64,000 bases of DNA. It comes from Thermoproteota archaeon (lineage in GTDB: Archaea > Korarchaeota > Korarchaeia > B14-G2). Below are positions 9,394-19,139 of the stretch, in pieces. Every line of letters begins with the position of its first letter. Within the stretch, counting starts at the first letter, position 1. The notes beneath the pieces are model-generated. The model worked only from the letters and a program-made list of their open reading frames with translations. It was not told the DNA's origin and searched no databases. The position numbers and the translations under genes are program-made. The stretch covers positions 30,142-94,141 of the forward strand of contig JAVCBW010000051.1 of assembly GCA_037917675.1 (NCBI GenBank), given 5' to 3'.

Positions 9394-11661
9394 TTGGAGG
9401 CATCTGGAGTACTATACCACTGTAGCTACTCTAAGGGCTTTATCAACCTCTATGTTAGAGGTGACCACCCATATACCATAGCTGTGAGGTATCTTCCATA
9501 CTTCATACTCATCCCTAGCAGAGCTGAAGCTAGGAGCAAGCTATCTGAAAGAGCTGTAGTTGAGGAGGATGAGCTGTATGTAGACGGAGAACTCAAGCCA
9601 GTATTCAAGGTGAGATACTCGAGTCTAGATGAGAGGAAGCAGCTTGTGCAGCTAGCTCAGCAGCTTGGTGAGTGCAGAGGCACAGACATAGAGCCTTGGC
9701 ACATCTACCTGCTTGAGTCCGATGTCTCGCCTCTAGCTGAGCTTTCCGCTAGAGGTGAGCTGAGAGGCAGCGTGATTCATGCAGAGAGCGTGGAGGTCAA
9801 GTCTAGAGAGCCCTCAGCCAGCTTAAAGACTGTTTACTTTACATGCTATGTGTACTCTGAGCACGGCTACCCGATGAAGGGTGAAGACCCTGTTCTCCTA
9901 GCTGGCTTCAAGAGCAGTAGTGGAGTAGAGATATATGAGGCTCGTGATGGAGACGACAGGGAGCTCTTAGCTAGCATAGTAGGCTACATTAGAGAGCAGG
10001 ATCCAGATGTCATCGTGGGATATGAGCAGGACGCAGATGAGTGGCCTTATATAATGGCTAGAGCAAAGAGACATGGATTGAAGCTGAGAGTTGGCAGAGA
10101 CCTATCTGAGCCAGTTGAGACAGGGAAGTACTTTAGAGGCATGATACTCAAGGAGACTGCAATAGAGGGGAGAGCTAACATAGACCTCTTCTCAGTAGCA
10201 TGGAGAGACTTCCCTGAGCTCCCAACGAAATCCATTGAGGAGGTCGCTGAGGCACTAGGCATAGAGCCACCTAAGCTTCCTCCAAGCTACATGGTTAAGA
10301 AGCTCTGGAGAGAGCGTAGAGAGGAGCTCAAGGCAGCTCTAGAGGAGAGGCTCTCGCTCATAGAGGAAGTAGCTAGAGAGCTTCTGCCACTTCAACTCGA
10401 GTTCTCGAGGCTAACTGGAGTACCACCACACTATGCTACGAGGATGACTGTAGGAGAGCTAGTAGACTCATTGGTGCTAAGAGAAGCCTACAGGCGGAGG
10501 GTTGCTCTGCCAGATAGAGGAGCTAAGAAAGCCTGGTTCCCAGGAGGGTTCGTCTGGCTCAAGAAGCCCGGTGTACATGAGAGCGTCGGGTCACTGGACT
10601 TCAAGAGCATGTATCCTACTCTCATAAAGAACTTCAACATCTCACCTGAGACAGTAAGCTGCAGGTGCTGTAGGGAGGAAGCTAGGGAGATAGAGGTAGG
10701 AGAGGAGCGGTTTAGGATATGCTCGAAGAGAAAGGGGCTGCTACCTGACATAATTGAGGAGCTGCTGGAGCTCAGAGCCCGGCTCAAGATGGAGATGGCT
10801 AAGTACCCCCATAGCTCCCCTGAGTATAAGAGGCTCTATGCAAAGCAGCATGCTGTAAAGGTTGTGACCAATGCTATATACGGGTATATGGGCTGGGCTA
10901 ACTCAAGGCTCTATACAGCTAGTGGAGCTAAGCTCACCACAGCACTTGGCAGAAGATACATCCAGGAGGTGAGGAGGCTAGCTGAGAGCAGAGGGCTAAC
11001 CCCGGTTTACATAGACACAGATGGCATACACATAGCTGGAGTAACAGAGGAGCAGGCTCTCAAGCTTGTAGAGGAAGTGAATAGCAAGATGCCTATAACC
11101 ATAGAGTTTGAGCATATAGCTCAGAGAGCTCTGTACCTCACTAAGAAGAAGTATGTCCACCTAGTTGATGGCAGGCTTATAGCAAAGGGGTTCGAGTTCA
11201 TAAGGAAAGACTACCCTCCCATAGTTAAAGAAGCTCAGAAGGCTGTTGTAGAAGCCATACTAAAGGAGGGGGATCTAGAGAAAGCTAGGAGGATAGCTGA
11301 GGAGTACAGAGATAAGCTTGAGAGAATGGAGGTTTCTAAAGAAGATCTGGTGATGGTAGAGCAGCTAGCCAAGAAGCTAGAGGAGTATGAGAGGACAACT
11401 AAAGCCAGCGCTGCAGCAAGATGGCTCCAAGAGAACGCTGGCGTAGAGGTCCACAGAGGAATGAACCTCTACATTCTCGTAGTTAAGGGAAGTGAGCCGG
11501 TAAACTACAGGGCTAGGCCAGCTGAGTTCTTTGAGCTAGAAGACTGCGACATAAGCTACTACCTAGAGCTATTCGACAAGGTAGTGGAGAGGACTCTGGC
11601 TGCAGCTACAGAGGCCAAAGTTAAGCCTAAGGTAGCTGATCTCACCACCTTCCTCTCGTAG
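9394..11661 (+). CDS. polB: Family B DNA polymerase (PolB3-like); polymerase motifs intact, 3'-5' exonuclease motifs degenerate
   Basis: DFKSMYP, K..TN..YGY, YIDTDG, KKKY, DPDVIVGY, GRANIDL; C-terminal PIP-like DLTTFL. Confidence 0.9.
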   Translation: MEASGVLYHCSYSKGFINLYVRGDHPYTIAVRYLPYFILIPSRAEARSKLSERAVVEEDELYVDGELKPVFKVRYSSLDERKQLVQLAQQLGECRGTDIEPWHIYLLESDVSPLAELSARGELRGSVIHAESVEVKSREPSASLKTVYFTCYVYSEHGYPMKGEDPVLLAGFKSSSGVEIYEARDGDDRELLASIVGYIREQDPDVIVGYEQDADEWPYIMARAKRHGLKLRVGRDLSEPVETGKYFRGMILKETAIEGRANIDLFSVAWRDFPELPTKSIEEVAEALGIEPPKLPPSYMVKKLWRERREELKAALEERLSLIEEVARELLPLQLEFSRLTGVPPHYATRMTVGELVDSLVLREAYRRRVALPDRGAKKAWFPGGFVWLKKPGVHESVGSLDFKSMYPTLIKNFNISPETVSCRCCREEAREIEVGEERFRICSKRKGLLPDIIEELLELRARLKMEMAKYPHSSPEYKRLYAKQHAVKVVTNAIYGYMGWANSRLYTASGAKLTTALGRRYIQEVRRLAESRGLTPVYIDTDGIHIAGVTEEQALKLVEEVNSKMPITIEFEHIAQRALYLTKKKYVHLVDGRLIAKGFEFIRKDYPPIVKEAQKAVVEAILKEGDLEKARRIAEEYRDKLERMEVSKEDLVMVEQLAKKLEEYERTTKASAAARWLQENAGVEVHRGMNLYILVVKGSEPVNYRARPAEFFELEDCDISYYLELFDKVVERTLAAATEAKVKPKVADLTTFLS

Positions 11662-12097
11662 CTGCCAACTAAAGGACGACGAAGCCCTATTCCTTAATCA
11701 ACCTTACACTCACTGCAACTATCACGGTGCTGAGGGGGCATAAGGATACGCCAGCAGCCGAGCTCAAGACCATACTCCCCTGTTACCATAGGAAGTAGGT
11801 GTCTTCTAATGCCTGAAAGCAGTGGGCAAATCCAGGTGGTATCCAAAGTGCTCTACCAGCCTCTAGAAGCCGTCTGTAGGAGGCTGGTGAGGAGACGAAG
11901 ATAGACTTCCACAGCTACACCGAGAAGATTGTCGGCTGTGAGGGAGATGATAGTGTTCCACCTGGAGTACGAGGCAGGATAACCTGTATGTTGCTAGGCG
12001 TTCTTATGCCCATAACCCAATTCATAATATTGTCTTTCCAACCTCTCCTTCTTCCCTCCATGGAAGTACCTATACTCTAAATGCATTCCTAACCCTC

Positions 12098-12400
12098 TCA
12101 ATCCTGTTTTGGAACCTCATCAAGTGCTATCAGTACATCAACATCGCTATCACTGGCCTCTTCCATATCAATGAAGTAACCATGCCATGTGTGATACCAC
12201 GCTTCACCTGTGAACGCATTAACGCTCAGCATCCTAGTCATTTACCATCTACGCTGTAATCGAGAGTATAGCACCCATAGAATCGAATGGCTTCCTCAAC
12301 ATAGGCTCCGCGACCAGGGAAATAAGCTCTCCAGTGATTCAAGAGCTATTTCCCTCGCCTTCCTCTCGTCTATCGATGGCTCGTAGCCACCATATGCCTG
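12098..12400 (-). pseudogene. Frameshifted remnant of a PepSY-like/WYHTWHG-motif protein, running into an SDVDVLI nucleotidyltransferase-like fragment
   Basis: Fragments in three frames: IDERKAREIALESL / FPG..VEEAIRFYGCYTLDY..DGK* / MLSVNAFTGEAWYHTWHGYFIDMEE..SDVDVLI. Confidence 0.55.
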
Positions 12401-12489
12401 AATCACCCTTAAGTAACAAGATCTCTCGCTTGCTACCTCAGTGACTGAGACGCTTCATTAGCTCGAAGGAGCTGCTTAGGTACTTGCTT

Positions 12490-13353
12490 CTAGCCTAGCG
12501 GCCTCGCTTGCTTTTTCGTAACTAAAGCAACCCAGCTCGGAGAGAATGGGGTGAGTCCTCTGATAGCCTTCAGGAAGCTAACTTGAAGCCCTCTGGTTGC
12601 ATCGCCTATACCAAGCTCAACTTCATCAACTGACCTTACAGGGACTACACCGAGTAGAGGAGATGCTAGGAGCAGCTCATCTGCGGAGTATAGCTCTCCA
12701 TGTGTAATGCTTCTCTCAGCTAACTTAAGGCCTTCATGCTCAGCTAGCACAGCTACAGTAGACCTGACTGGATCATGTGCCATCAGGGAGGGTGGGGAGA
12801 TTAGCCTGCTCCCCTTGACCACGAGGATAGCCCCCATGCTCGAGTATACTGCTCCATCTGAGCATATGAGCTTACACACCCTGCTGTAAGATGGAGTAAG
12901 CAAGCCAGCTATAGAGGGCTCGCTTACCCCCATGGTATATGCCTCTACTCCTGTATCTAGCAGCTGTGAGACATTGGGCTCTAGAGCCTTGAGTAGGTAG
13001 ACTGCTAGAGTAGCTTCGCCTCTAGGTGACCCAGCAGCCCACAGCCTAACCCCACCATTCCCCTCTGCTCTTGAGGCAGAGTCGAAGACAGCCTCTTTAA
13101 GCTCCTCTAGCGTAGCCTCATAAACTAGACCTAGCCTCCTAGATAGCAGCATGAATGTAGTGATGTGCTCTAGCGGCTTAAGGAGCCGCGCTCCTCTGTC
13201 GGAAATCCATAGCCCTATGTCTACTGCTAGCAAAGCTGCGGCTCCAACTAGCCCTCTAGCCTTAAGCTCACTTCTCCTAGCTAGCCTCCTTTCTGAGCCA
13301 GGTTCCCAAAGATATACCTCCTCAGCCTCCTCTACAAGCTTCAGCCCCTTCAC
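12490..13353 (-). CDS. Class IV aminotransferase-like (IlvE/PabC fold) protein, apparently degenerate
   Basis: C-terminal ELYSADELLLAS..GVVPVRSVD..LG.G..TR.L matches the class IV PLP-enzyme C-domain. Confidence 0.6.
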   Translation of the reverse strand: MKGLKLVEEAEEVYLWEPGSERRLARRSELKARGLVGAAALLAVDIGLWISDRGARLLKPLEHITTFMLLSRRLGLVYEATLEELKEAVFDSASRAEGNGGVRLWAAGSPRGEATLAVYLLKALEPNVSQLLDTGVEAYTMGVSEPSIAGLLTPSYSRVCKLICSDGAVYSSMGAILVVKGSRLISPPSLMAHDPVRSTVAVLAEHEGLKLAERSITHGELYSADELLLASPLLGVVPVRSVDEVELGIGDATRGLQVSFLKAIRGLTPFSPSWVALVTKKQARPLG

Positions 13354-16300
13354 CTCTGATTTTCAAGATCTCCCTATATAGCCTGCTTAGAGGCTCCAGG
13401 TAGCTCACCTCCCCTCTCTCTACCCTGTCCATCTCCTCCTCAAGCTTAGCTGTAGTTTCCTCTGATACATATTCCCCATACTTTTCCTTAAGATAGCTCC
13501 AGACCTTGTAGCCTAGCGGGGTATAGAGGAGGTAGCCATTCTTCTCGACCACGTACCTCCTCTTCAAGAGGGTTTCAACTATCTTGGCATAGGTGCTAGG
13601 CCTACCTATCCCCCTCCTTTTCATCTCAGCTACAAGCTCACCCTGCGTGTAAGGTCTCGCCTTAGACACCCTCACTACCTTATAGCTCTCTAGCTTAAAC
13701 CTGCCAGGCTGCCAGGGTCTGCTCACTCTTATCCTCCAGACTTTGCTGTAGCCTTCTTCAACAACCTCAACTGGCTCAGTAGCCTCATACACGTAGTCCA
13801 GTAGCCTAACTCTAACATGCTGCACCCTAATCTTGGCAGGCTTCATCTGGCTTGCAATGAACCTGTTGAATATCAGCTGGTAAAGCATGTAGTGTTCTCT
13901 AGTGAGTGGTGAGGGAAGCTTAAGCACTCCTATTGATATGAGGCTCCTGATCTTCTCTGAGTCAGCCGGCCTAGTCGGCCTGATGCACTCATGTGCTCCC
14001 TCCATGGCATATGACCTAGGCTGGAAGAGTCCAGGATATTTCTCCTCAATATACTCTCTAGCTATGCTGATACCATGCTGTGACACAGTAGTTGCGTCTG
14101 TTCTATGGTATGTTATGAGCCCCATTTCAAAAAGGTCTTGTGCTATCTGCATCGTCTTCTGGGCGCTGAACTTGAGGAATGTTGATGCCTCTCTCAGTAA
14201 GGTGTCTGTAGTATATGGTGGTGGAGGAGTCTGCTCGATGACCTCATCTTTCACCACCTCTACTTCAGCCTCAGCTTCCTTAAGCTCTCCCACCCTGCCT
14301 CTGTCAAAGCCTGTGAGCCTGATCTCCATTCCTCCCAGAAGCCTAGCATAGAGCACGTTAACTTTCTCCCTAGCCTCCTTAGCTCTCTGGATGACCCACC
14401 CCAGCACAGGCGTCTGAACTCTACCTGCACTAAGGGTCTTGTAGCCGAGCTTCTCCCAGAGCTTTCTACTGAGCTCGAAGCCGATCCATCTGTCCTCTAT
14501 CCTCCTGACTATCTGGGCTTCAACAAGCCTCTCATTTATCTCCCTGAGCTCTCTAAGGCCCTTCCCCACGCCCTTCCTCGTGACTTCATGGAACTCCACT
14601 CTAGCTATGCTACCATTGTATGGTGCTATCACGTTAGCTATATCCCAGGCTATCTTCTCTCCCTCTGTGTCAGGGTCTGTCGCTATGAGCACGCCATTAG
14701 CCTCTATTGCAAGCTCCCTAATAGCCTCAAGCACTTTCATCTTGCTGAAGATGTTCCTGCTCCCACATCTCGGGCAGGTGTCTAGCTTAACGAATTGCTC
14801 TCCACAATCTGAGCACTTGGCTATCGGAGCGTAGACAGGCTTAAACCCATCACTGTCCACCACTACTCCATGAAGCCCTATGTCAGTAGCTAAGTCCAAT
14901 ACATGTCCTCCACTCGCTACTATGCTCAGCACATAGTCTCCACTTGCTACCTCATATACCCTTATTCCACTCACATCCCTCCTCATAGGCTCACCAAACA
15001 GCCTGGAGATGACCCTAGCCTTCGTGGGAGACTCTACTATGAAGAGCATGCTCCTCACAAAGTCGAGGACCTCAGAGGAAGCCCTCCCCTCTTTGAGCTC
15101 TTTCACGAGCCTCCTGTCCTCGTCTATTTCAGGGAACACCTTGCTGGCCTCCTCTAAACTCTTGAACTCTAAGTCGTCTATGTACCATCTCAGCCTTCTC
15201 AGTAGGCTCATGTAGCTCTTCTCATCGTCAACTATGAGTATGCTTGCTCCTCTACTGAGCCCTTTTGGGAATAGTCTCGACGCTCTGCCTGAGGCCTGCA
15301 GGTAAGCTGCCGCATCAGCTACAACTAAGATTACCTCGCTTCCCTCAGCCCGCATAGCTAAGTCCTTGCTTTTCCTCACCTGCTCAAGAAGCTCTGGCGT
15401 TATCAGCTCCTTAAGCAGGCTCCTGCTCCTGTCTATGGCTTTCCTCAGAGCTGCCAGGTACCCTGTCAGCTCTCCTCCAGCTTTAGCTGCTTCAACGGCT
15501 TCAGGGGAGGCTGTCAGGAAGCTCCCAAGCCTCTCGAGCTCCCTCTCCACTCTAGCTCTTTGCTTCTCCTCTACTACAAGCCTCAGATTACTGAGTAAGG
15601 AGTAGAGTCTAGCTGGGTGGTATTCCTCTGCAGTCAGCTTCAGCTCGTATCTTGGTACTCCAGCAAACACCACATACCTTATCCTCTCTGGGATATCTAC
15701 TCCCCTAGCTAGAGGAGACCTGTGGCTTGCGATCCCAACTAGCGCGTCAAGCTCACCTCTGCTGAACTTCTCGACAGCACCTCCATCAGCTAGCTCAGCT
15801 TTGACTCCTCTAACCTTTAGGTGCTCAGCTAGCTTCTCAGCATACTCTCTACCATATGGCATTGGAGTGAACACGAGCACTCCGCCACCAAACCTCCTAA
15901 TAACCTTGACAACCTCATCCTCTATGCTTCCACTAGGCTTCACAGCTACATCAACTATGTTTCTGAGATATCCCTGCCTGTAGCCTAGCTCAAAGCCCAG
16001 CAGCTCCTTAAGCAGCATCAGCCTTCTCCTGCTGACCTTCCTAGCGCTAGCACTCGAGAAGACAAGCACCCCTCTGCCATCTAGCTCACTCGAGCGCTCC
16101 TCAACAAGCCTCCTAAGATCACCTCCCTCCAGCCTTGCTTCAAGAGCCTTCTGAACGAGCTCCTCACTGAGCCCAAGCAGCACAAGCACTCTATCGAGGT
16201 TCTTAGATTTCTTAAGCAGAGAGTCGACATCGTCAACGAATATGAAGTCGAACTTATACCTTTTGAGGTCATCATACCTTGATGCTAGAAGCCTATCTGT

Positions 16301-16852
16301 CGTCACTAGGATGTCGAAGTCACCGCTAGCAAGCTTCTCCTGGAACTCCCTCTTTTCACTGGCTTTCATATCACTATAGTATGCTAGAAGCCTTACTTGA
16401 AACCCATACTTCTCAGCATACTCCCTTATCCTCTCTGAGACCTGCCTGACTAGTATCGAAGATGGTAGCAGAATATAGCTTTTCCCCCCCTTAGAGGCTA
16501 AGTAGACTGCTATCAGGGAGCCAAATGTCGTCTTTCCAACACCAGTTGGAGCAACTATAGCGAAGCTCTTTCCCAAGAGTACCCTCTTAGCCCACACCCT
16601 CTGAAGAGCCCACATAGGATGTCCTAAGCTGCTCTTAAACACCTTATCTACAGCTAGGAGCTCTCTCCACACCTGAGCTATTCTGCCATACCCCCACAAC
16701 CTACCTCGTGCTGCAAGTGCCTCAGCTACCTCACCTGGGCTTCCAGCTGTAGCCTGAGGAAGACACTCCTCACATGGGAGCCCCTTCATCAGCCTGTCAT
16801 CAGATATAGCCCCCCCACAGTTTGGGCAGAGCCCATGAAATACAGCCTTCAT
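13322..16852 (-). CDS. rgy: Reverse gyrase
   Basis: N-terminal CPNC..CEEC Zn finger, APTGVGKT, DDVD, RGVDIP, IVESPTKA, second Zn finger, ATDPDTEGE, SAGRVQTP, catalytic ITYHRTD, GIGRPSTY. Confidence 0.98.
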   Translation of the reverse strand: MKAVFHGLCPNCGGAISDDRLMKGLPCEECLPQATAGSPGEVAEALAARGRLWGYGRIAQVWRELLAVDKVFKSSLGHPMWALQRVWAKRVLLGKSFAIVAPTGVGKTTFGSLIAVYLASKGGKSYILLPSSILVRQVSERIREYAEKYGFQVRLLAYYSDMKASEKREFQEKLASGDFDILVTTDRLLASRYDDLKRYKFDFIFVDDVDSLLKKSKNLDRVLVLLGLSEELVQKALEARLEGGDLRRLVEERSSELDGRGVLVFSSASARKVSRRRLMLLKELLGFELGYRQGYLRNIVDVAVKPSGSIEDEVVKVIRRFGGGVLVFTPMPYGREYAEKLAEHLKVRGVKAELADGGAVEKFSRGELDALVGIASHRSPLARGVDIPERIRYVVFAGVPRYELKLTAEEYHPARLYSLLSNLRLVVEEKQRARVERELERLGSFLTASPEAVEAAKAGGELTGYLAALRKAIDRSRSLLKELITPELLEQVRKSKDLAMRAEGSEVILVVADAAAYLQASGRASRLFPKGLSRGASILIVDDEKSYMSLLRRLRWYIDDLEFKSLEEASKVFPEIDEDRRLVKELKEGRASSEVLDFVRSMLFIVESPTKARVISRLFGEPMRRDVSGIRVYEVASGDYVLSIVASGGHVLDLATDIGLHGVVVDSDGFKPVYAPIAKCSDCGEQFVKLDTCPRCGSRNIFSKMKVLEAIRELAIEANGVLIATDPDTEGEKIAWDIANVIAPYNGSIARVEFHEVTRKGVGKGLRELREINERLVEAQIVRRIEDRWIGFELSRKLWEKLGYKTLSAGRVQTPVLGWVIQRAKEAREKVNVLYARLLGGMEIRLTGFDRGRVGELKEAEAEVEVVKDEVIEQTPPPPYTTDTLLREASTFLKFSAQKTMQIAQDLFEMGLITYHRTDATTVSQHGISIAREYIEEKYPGLFQPRSYAMEGAHECIRPTRPADSEKIRSLISIGVLKLPSPLTREHYMLYQLIFNRFIASQMKPAKIRVQHVRVRLLDYVYEATEPVEVVEEGYSKVWRIRVSRPWQPGRFKLESYKVVRVSKARPYTQGELVAEMKRRGIGRPSTYAKIVETLLKRRYVVEKNGYLLYTPLGYKVWSYLKEKYGEYVSEETTAKLEEEMDRVERGEVSYLEPLSRLYREILKIRGEGAEACRGG

Positions 16853-16959
16853 CAGCCCACCTAAGCCTCAAGCTCACTGGCAGAATATAAACTTACGTGT
16901 AACAGCTGTGCACGCCTACAGCTGAGCTTGCTGATAGGCTTCAGCAGCTACCGCATACA

Positions 16960-18147
16960 TCAGGGGCCTATGTGCCCAGCTGGCGTCTGAGCGAGCACAG
17001 TCTTAAGCCCCCTACTTCTCAGCAGCTCCCTAGCTTCACGCATCTCTCTGACAGAAGGCCTCTTTAGGTCTCTCCTCCTGAAGGTAGGGAAGTAGTCTAG
17101 GACACAGACTTGTATCCCTGGGTCTATTGAGGCTAGTCTATCACCTATCTCAGCTAGCTCGTCTAAGCTCATGAAAACCGGGTTATATGGGACTCCGACG
17201 CCTATGAACACTTTCTCCTGGTACTCATCTACAACGTACTTGACTGTGCTCCAAGAGTTCTCAAGATACCTCCTAGCTAGCTCGACATCTCTTATGCCAG
17301 TTATCTCCATGAAGGTCTCAACTCTAGCTCCCTTCAAGTCTGGGCCTATATCAGTCATGCCAGCCTCAACAAGTAGGTCAATGTGTCTTCTAGTGAGGAT
17401 CGTGGCATTCGTGTCAAGGTGTATTCTAGCATCTGAGCTGGGGTTCATCTCCCTGAGCTCCCTAAAGTATCTCAGGAGCCACCTGAAGTTTAAGGTAGGC
17501 TCTCCTCCAGAGATGGCCATTCTGTCAACACCATAGTACCTTCTAGCCTCACTCACAGCTCTAGCAGCCTCTCTTGGTGTAGAGGGCTTACTTATGCTAT
17601 CATATGTGATATGATAGTTCTGGCACTGAGGACACCTCAGGTTGCATCCAGCAGCCCATATAGCGACCTCAACAGCCCACCCTCTCCCCTTAACCCAGTA
17701 TGGGGTCCCTACTCCACCGACACTATGCCCCTGAGGCCCGCTCACAATCCTGAGCAGCGGTATACTACCTAACTCAACATCCATGCCCCCTCTGACTGGT
17801 GTCATGCATGACCTGACATACCTACCATCAGCTTTAACCAGGCAGCTATAGCAGCCTCCAGTTTCACAGAACCCATCTAGGCCAGAGCCTAGGGTGTAGC
17901 CTAGAAGCTCAAGAGCTCTCTTAAGAGGTACTCCAGCAGGAACCTCAACCTCAGCTCCATCGACTCTTATCCTACAGGGTTCAGCCTCAGCTATCCTATA
18001 TGAGATTGCTGAGTTCGGGCATGCATAGTAGCATGCCATGCAGCCAAAGCAGCTGTCTTCACTAAAGCCTACAGGGCAGGCTACTGTCCTCTCACAGAAC
18101 CCACATTCCATACAGCTGCTGGTCCTATAGCACCTGTAGCCTATCAC
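16960..18147 (-). CDS. Radical SAM protein (PFL-activating-enzyme-like) with N-terminal 2x[4Fe-4S] and [2Fe-2S]-like domains
   Basis: CMECGFC..C and CFGCMACYYACP; C..GGC..C...C; CNLRCPQC; SGGEPT; DTN; DLKG. Confidence 0.85.
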   Translation of the reverse strand: MIGYRCYRTSSCMECGFCERTVACPVGFSEDSCFGCMACYYACPNSAISYRIAEAEPCRIRVDGAEVEVPAGVPLKRALELLGYTLGSGLDGFCETGGCYSCLVKADGRYVRSCMTPVRGGMDVELGSIPLLRIVSGPQGHSVGGVGTPYWVKGRGWAVEVAIWAAGCNLRCPQCQNYHITYDSISKPSTPREAARAVSEARRYYGVDRMAISGGEPTLNFRWLLRYFRELREMNPSSDARIHLDTNATILTRRHIDLLVEAGMTDIGPDLKGARVETFMEITGIRDVELARRYLENSWSTVKYVVDEYQEKVFIGVGVPYNPVFMSLDELAEIGDRLASIDPGIQVCVLDYFPTFRRRDLKRPSVREMREARELLRSRGLKTVLAQTPAGHIGP

Positions 18148-18410
18148 TCCTCTTCCTCCAGCCTCTTAGCCATCTCGATTGTGTAGTCACCTGGTTCTGG
18201 AGGCCTCCTCTTCCTCAAGGCTAGCACTGGCACTGCTAGCAGGTGTAGTACTCCAAGTATTACGGCTGCTGTCATGAGCACTCCTATCAGGAAGACTCCT
18301 AGGAGCCCTAGGGCTAAAGCTACTTTGACGAGTATTGGAGCAACCGCTAGCAGCGCTACTAGAAGCAGGAACGATGCCAAAACAAGTGCTGCCAGTGTAA
18401 TCAGCCTCAT
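18144..18410 (-). CDS. Small membrane protein
   Basis: 88 aa, two hydrophobic helices, 4-nt overlaps with both neighbours. Confidence 0.65.
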   Translation of the reverse strand: MRLITLAALVLASFLLLVALLAVAPILVKVALALGLLGVFLIGVLMTAAVILGVLHLLAVPVLALRKRRPPEPGDYTIEMAKRLEEEE

Positions 18411-19129
18411 GGCTCAAGCCCAAATGGCCCTATCTTCACTCCTCCTCCACCTGACGTCTTTGGGAAATATGGCCTCAGAGCTGAAGCAAGCAGAGCTACA
18501 TTCATTGACTGCAGTATAACCCTACCAGGTCCTCTAAGTGTCGCAAGGAATATGCCCTCCCCACCGAAGAGAGCTGTCTTTATGCTGCCAGCATACGCTA
18601 TGTCATAGTCTACTGTACTGTCGAATCCCACTATGTGTCCTGTATCCACTTTGATTAGCTGCCCTGGAGCCAGGTTATACTCTATGAAATCCCCACATGC
18701 ATGTATGAAGACTGTACCGCTGCCAGAGAGCTTCTCAAGTATGAAGCCCTCTCCACCAAACAGCCCTGCTCCAAGCTTCTTCACGAAGGCTATGTCCAAG
18801 TCTACAGTTGACTCTGCAGCCAGGAAGGCGTCCTTCTGGACAATAAAGTCTCTTCCCGGCTCGATCCTGAGAGCCCTTATCTTACCAGGCACCCTTCCGT
18901 TGAAAGCTACGAAGCCTCGGCCTCCAACTGGCGTGAACTCCGTCATGAAGAAGCTCTCTCTCATCAGCATCCTCTTAAGCCCCCTCCAGACTCCTCCTAT
19001 CACTCTAGTGTTCATCTGGATGTTCCCTGACATGTGGTTCATCGTCCCTGCTTCACCATAGACCACCTCTCCTGGCTCAAGCTCTACTATCACAACCTGT
19101 AGGTTGTCTCCAAGGATCCTATACTTCAA
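18407..19129 (-). CDS. TIGR00266/AIM24 family protein
   Basis: ESFFMTEF, QKDAFLA, GLFGGEGFIL, VDTGHIVG, FGGEG.FLATL.GPG.V.LQSM. Confidence 0.9.
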   Translation of the reverse strand: MKYRILGDNLQVVIVELEPGEVVYGEAGTMNHMSGNIQMNTRVIGGVWRGLKRMLMRESFFMTEFTPVGGRGFVAFNGRVPGKIRALRIEPGRDFIVQKDAFLAAESTVDLDIAFVKKLGAGLFGGEGFILEKLSGSGTVFIHACGDFIEYNLAPGQLIKVDTGHIVGFDSTVDYDIAYAGSIKTALFGGEGIFLATLRGPGRVILQSMNVALLASALRPYFPKTSGGGGVKIGPFGLEP

Positions 19130-19139
19130 ACTCCAGCCC

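Noticed and set aside
9394-16852. Inteins in PolB or reverse gyrase
   Set aside because: Lengths are ordinary (755 and 1176 aa) and conserved motifs are contiguous.
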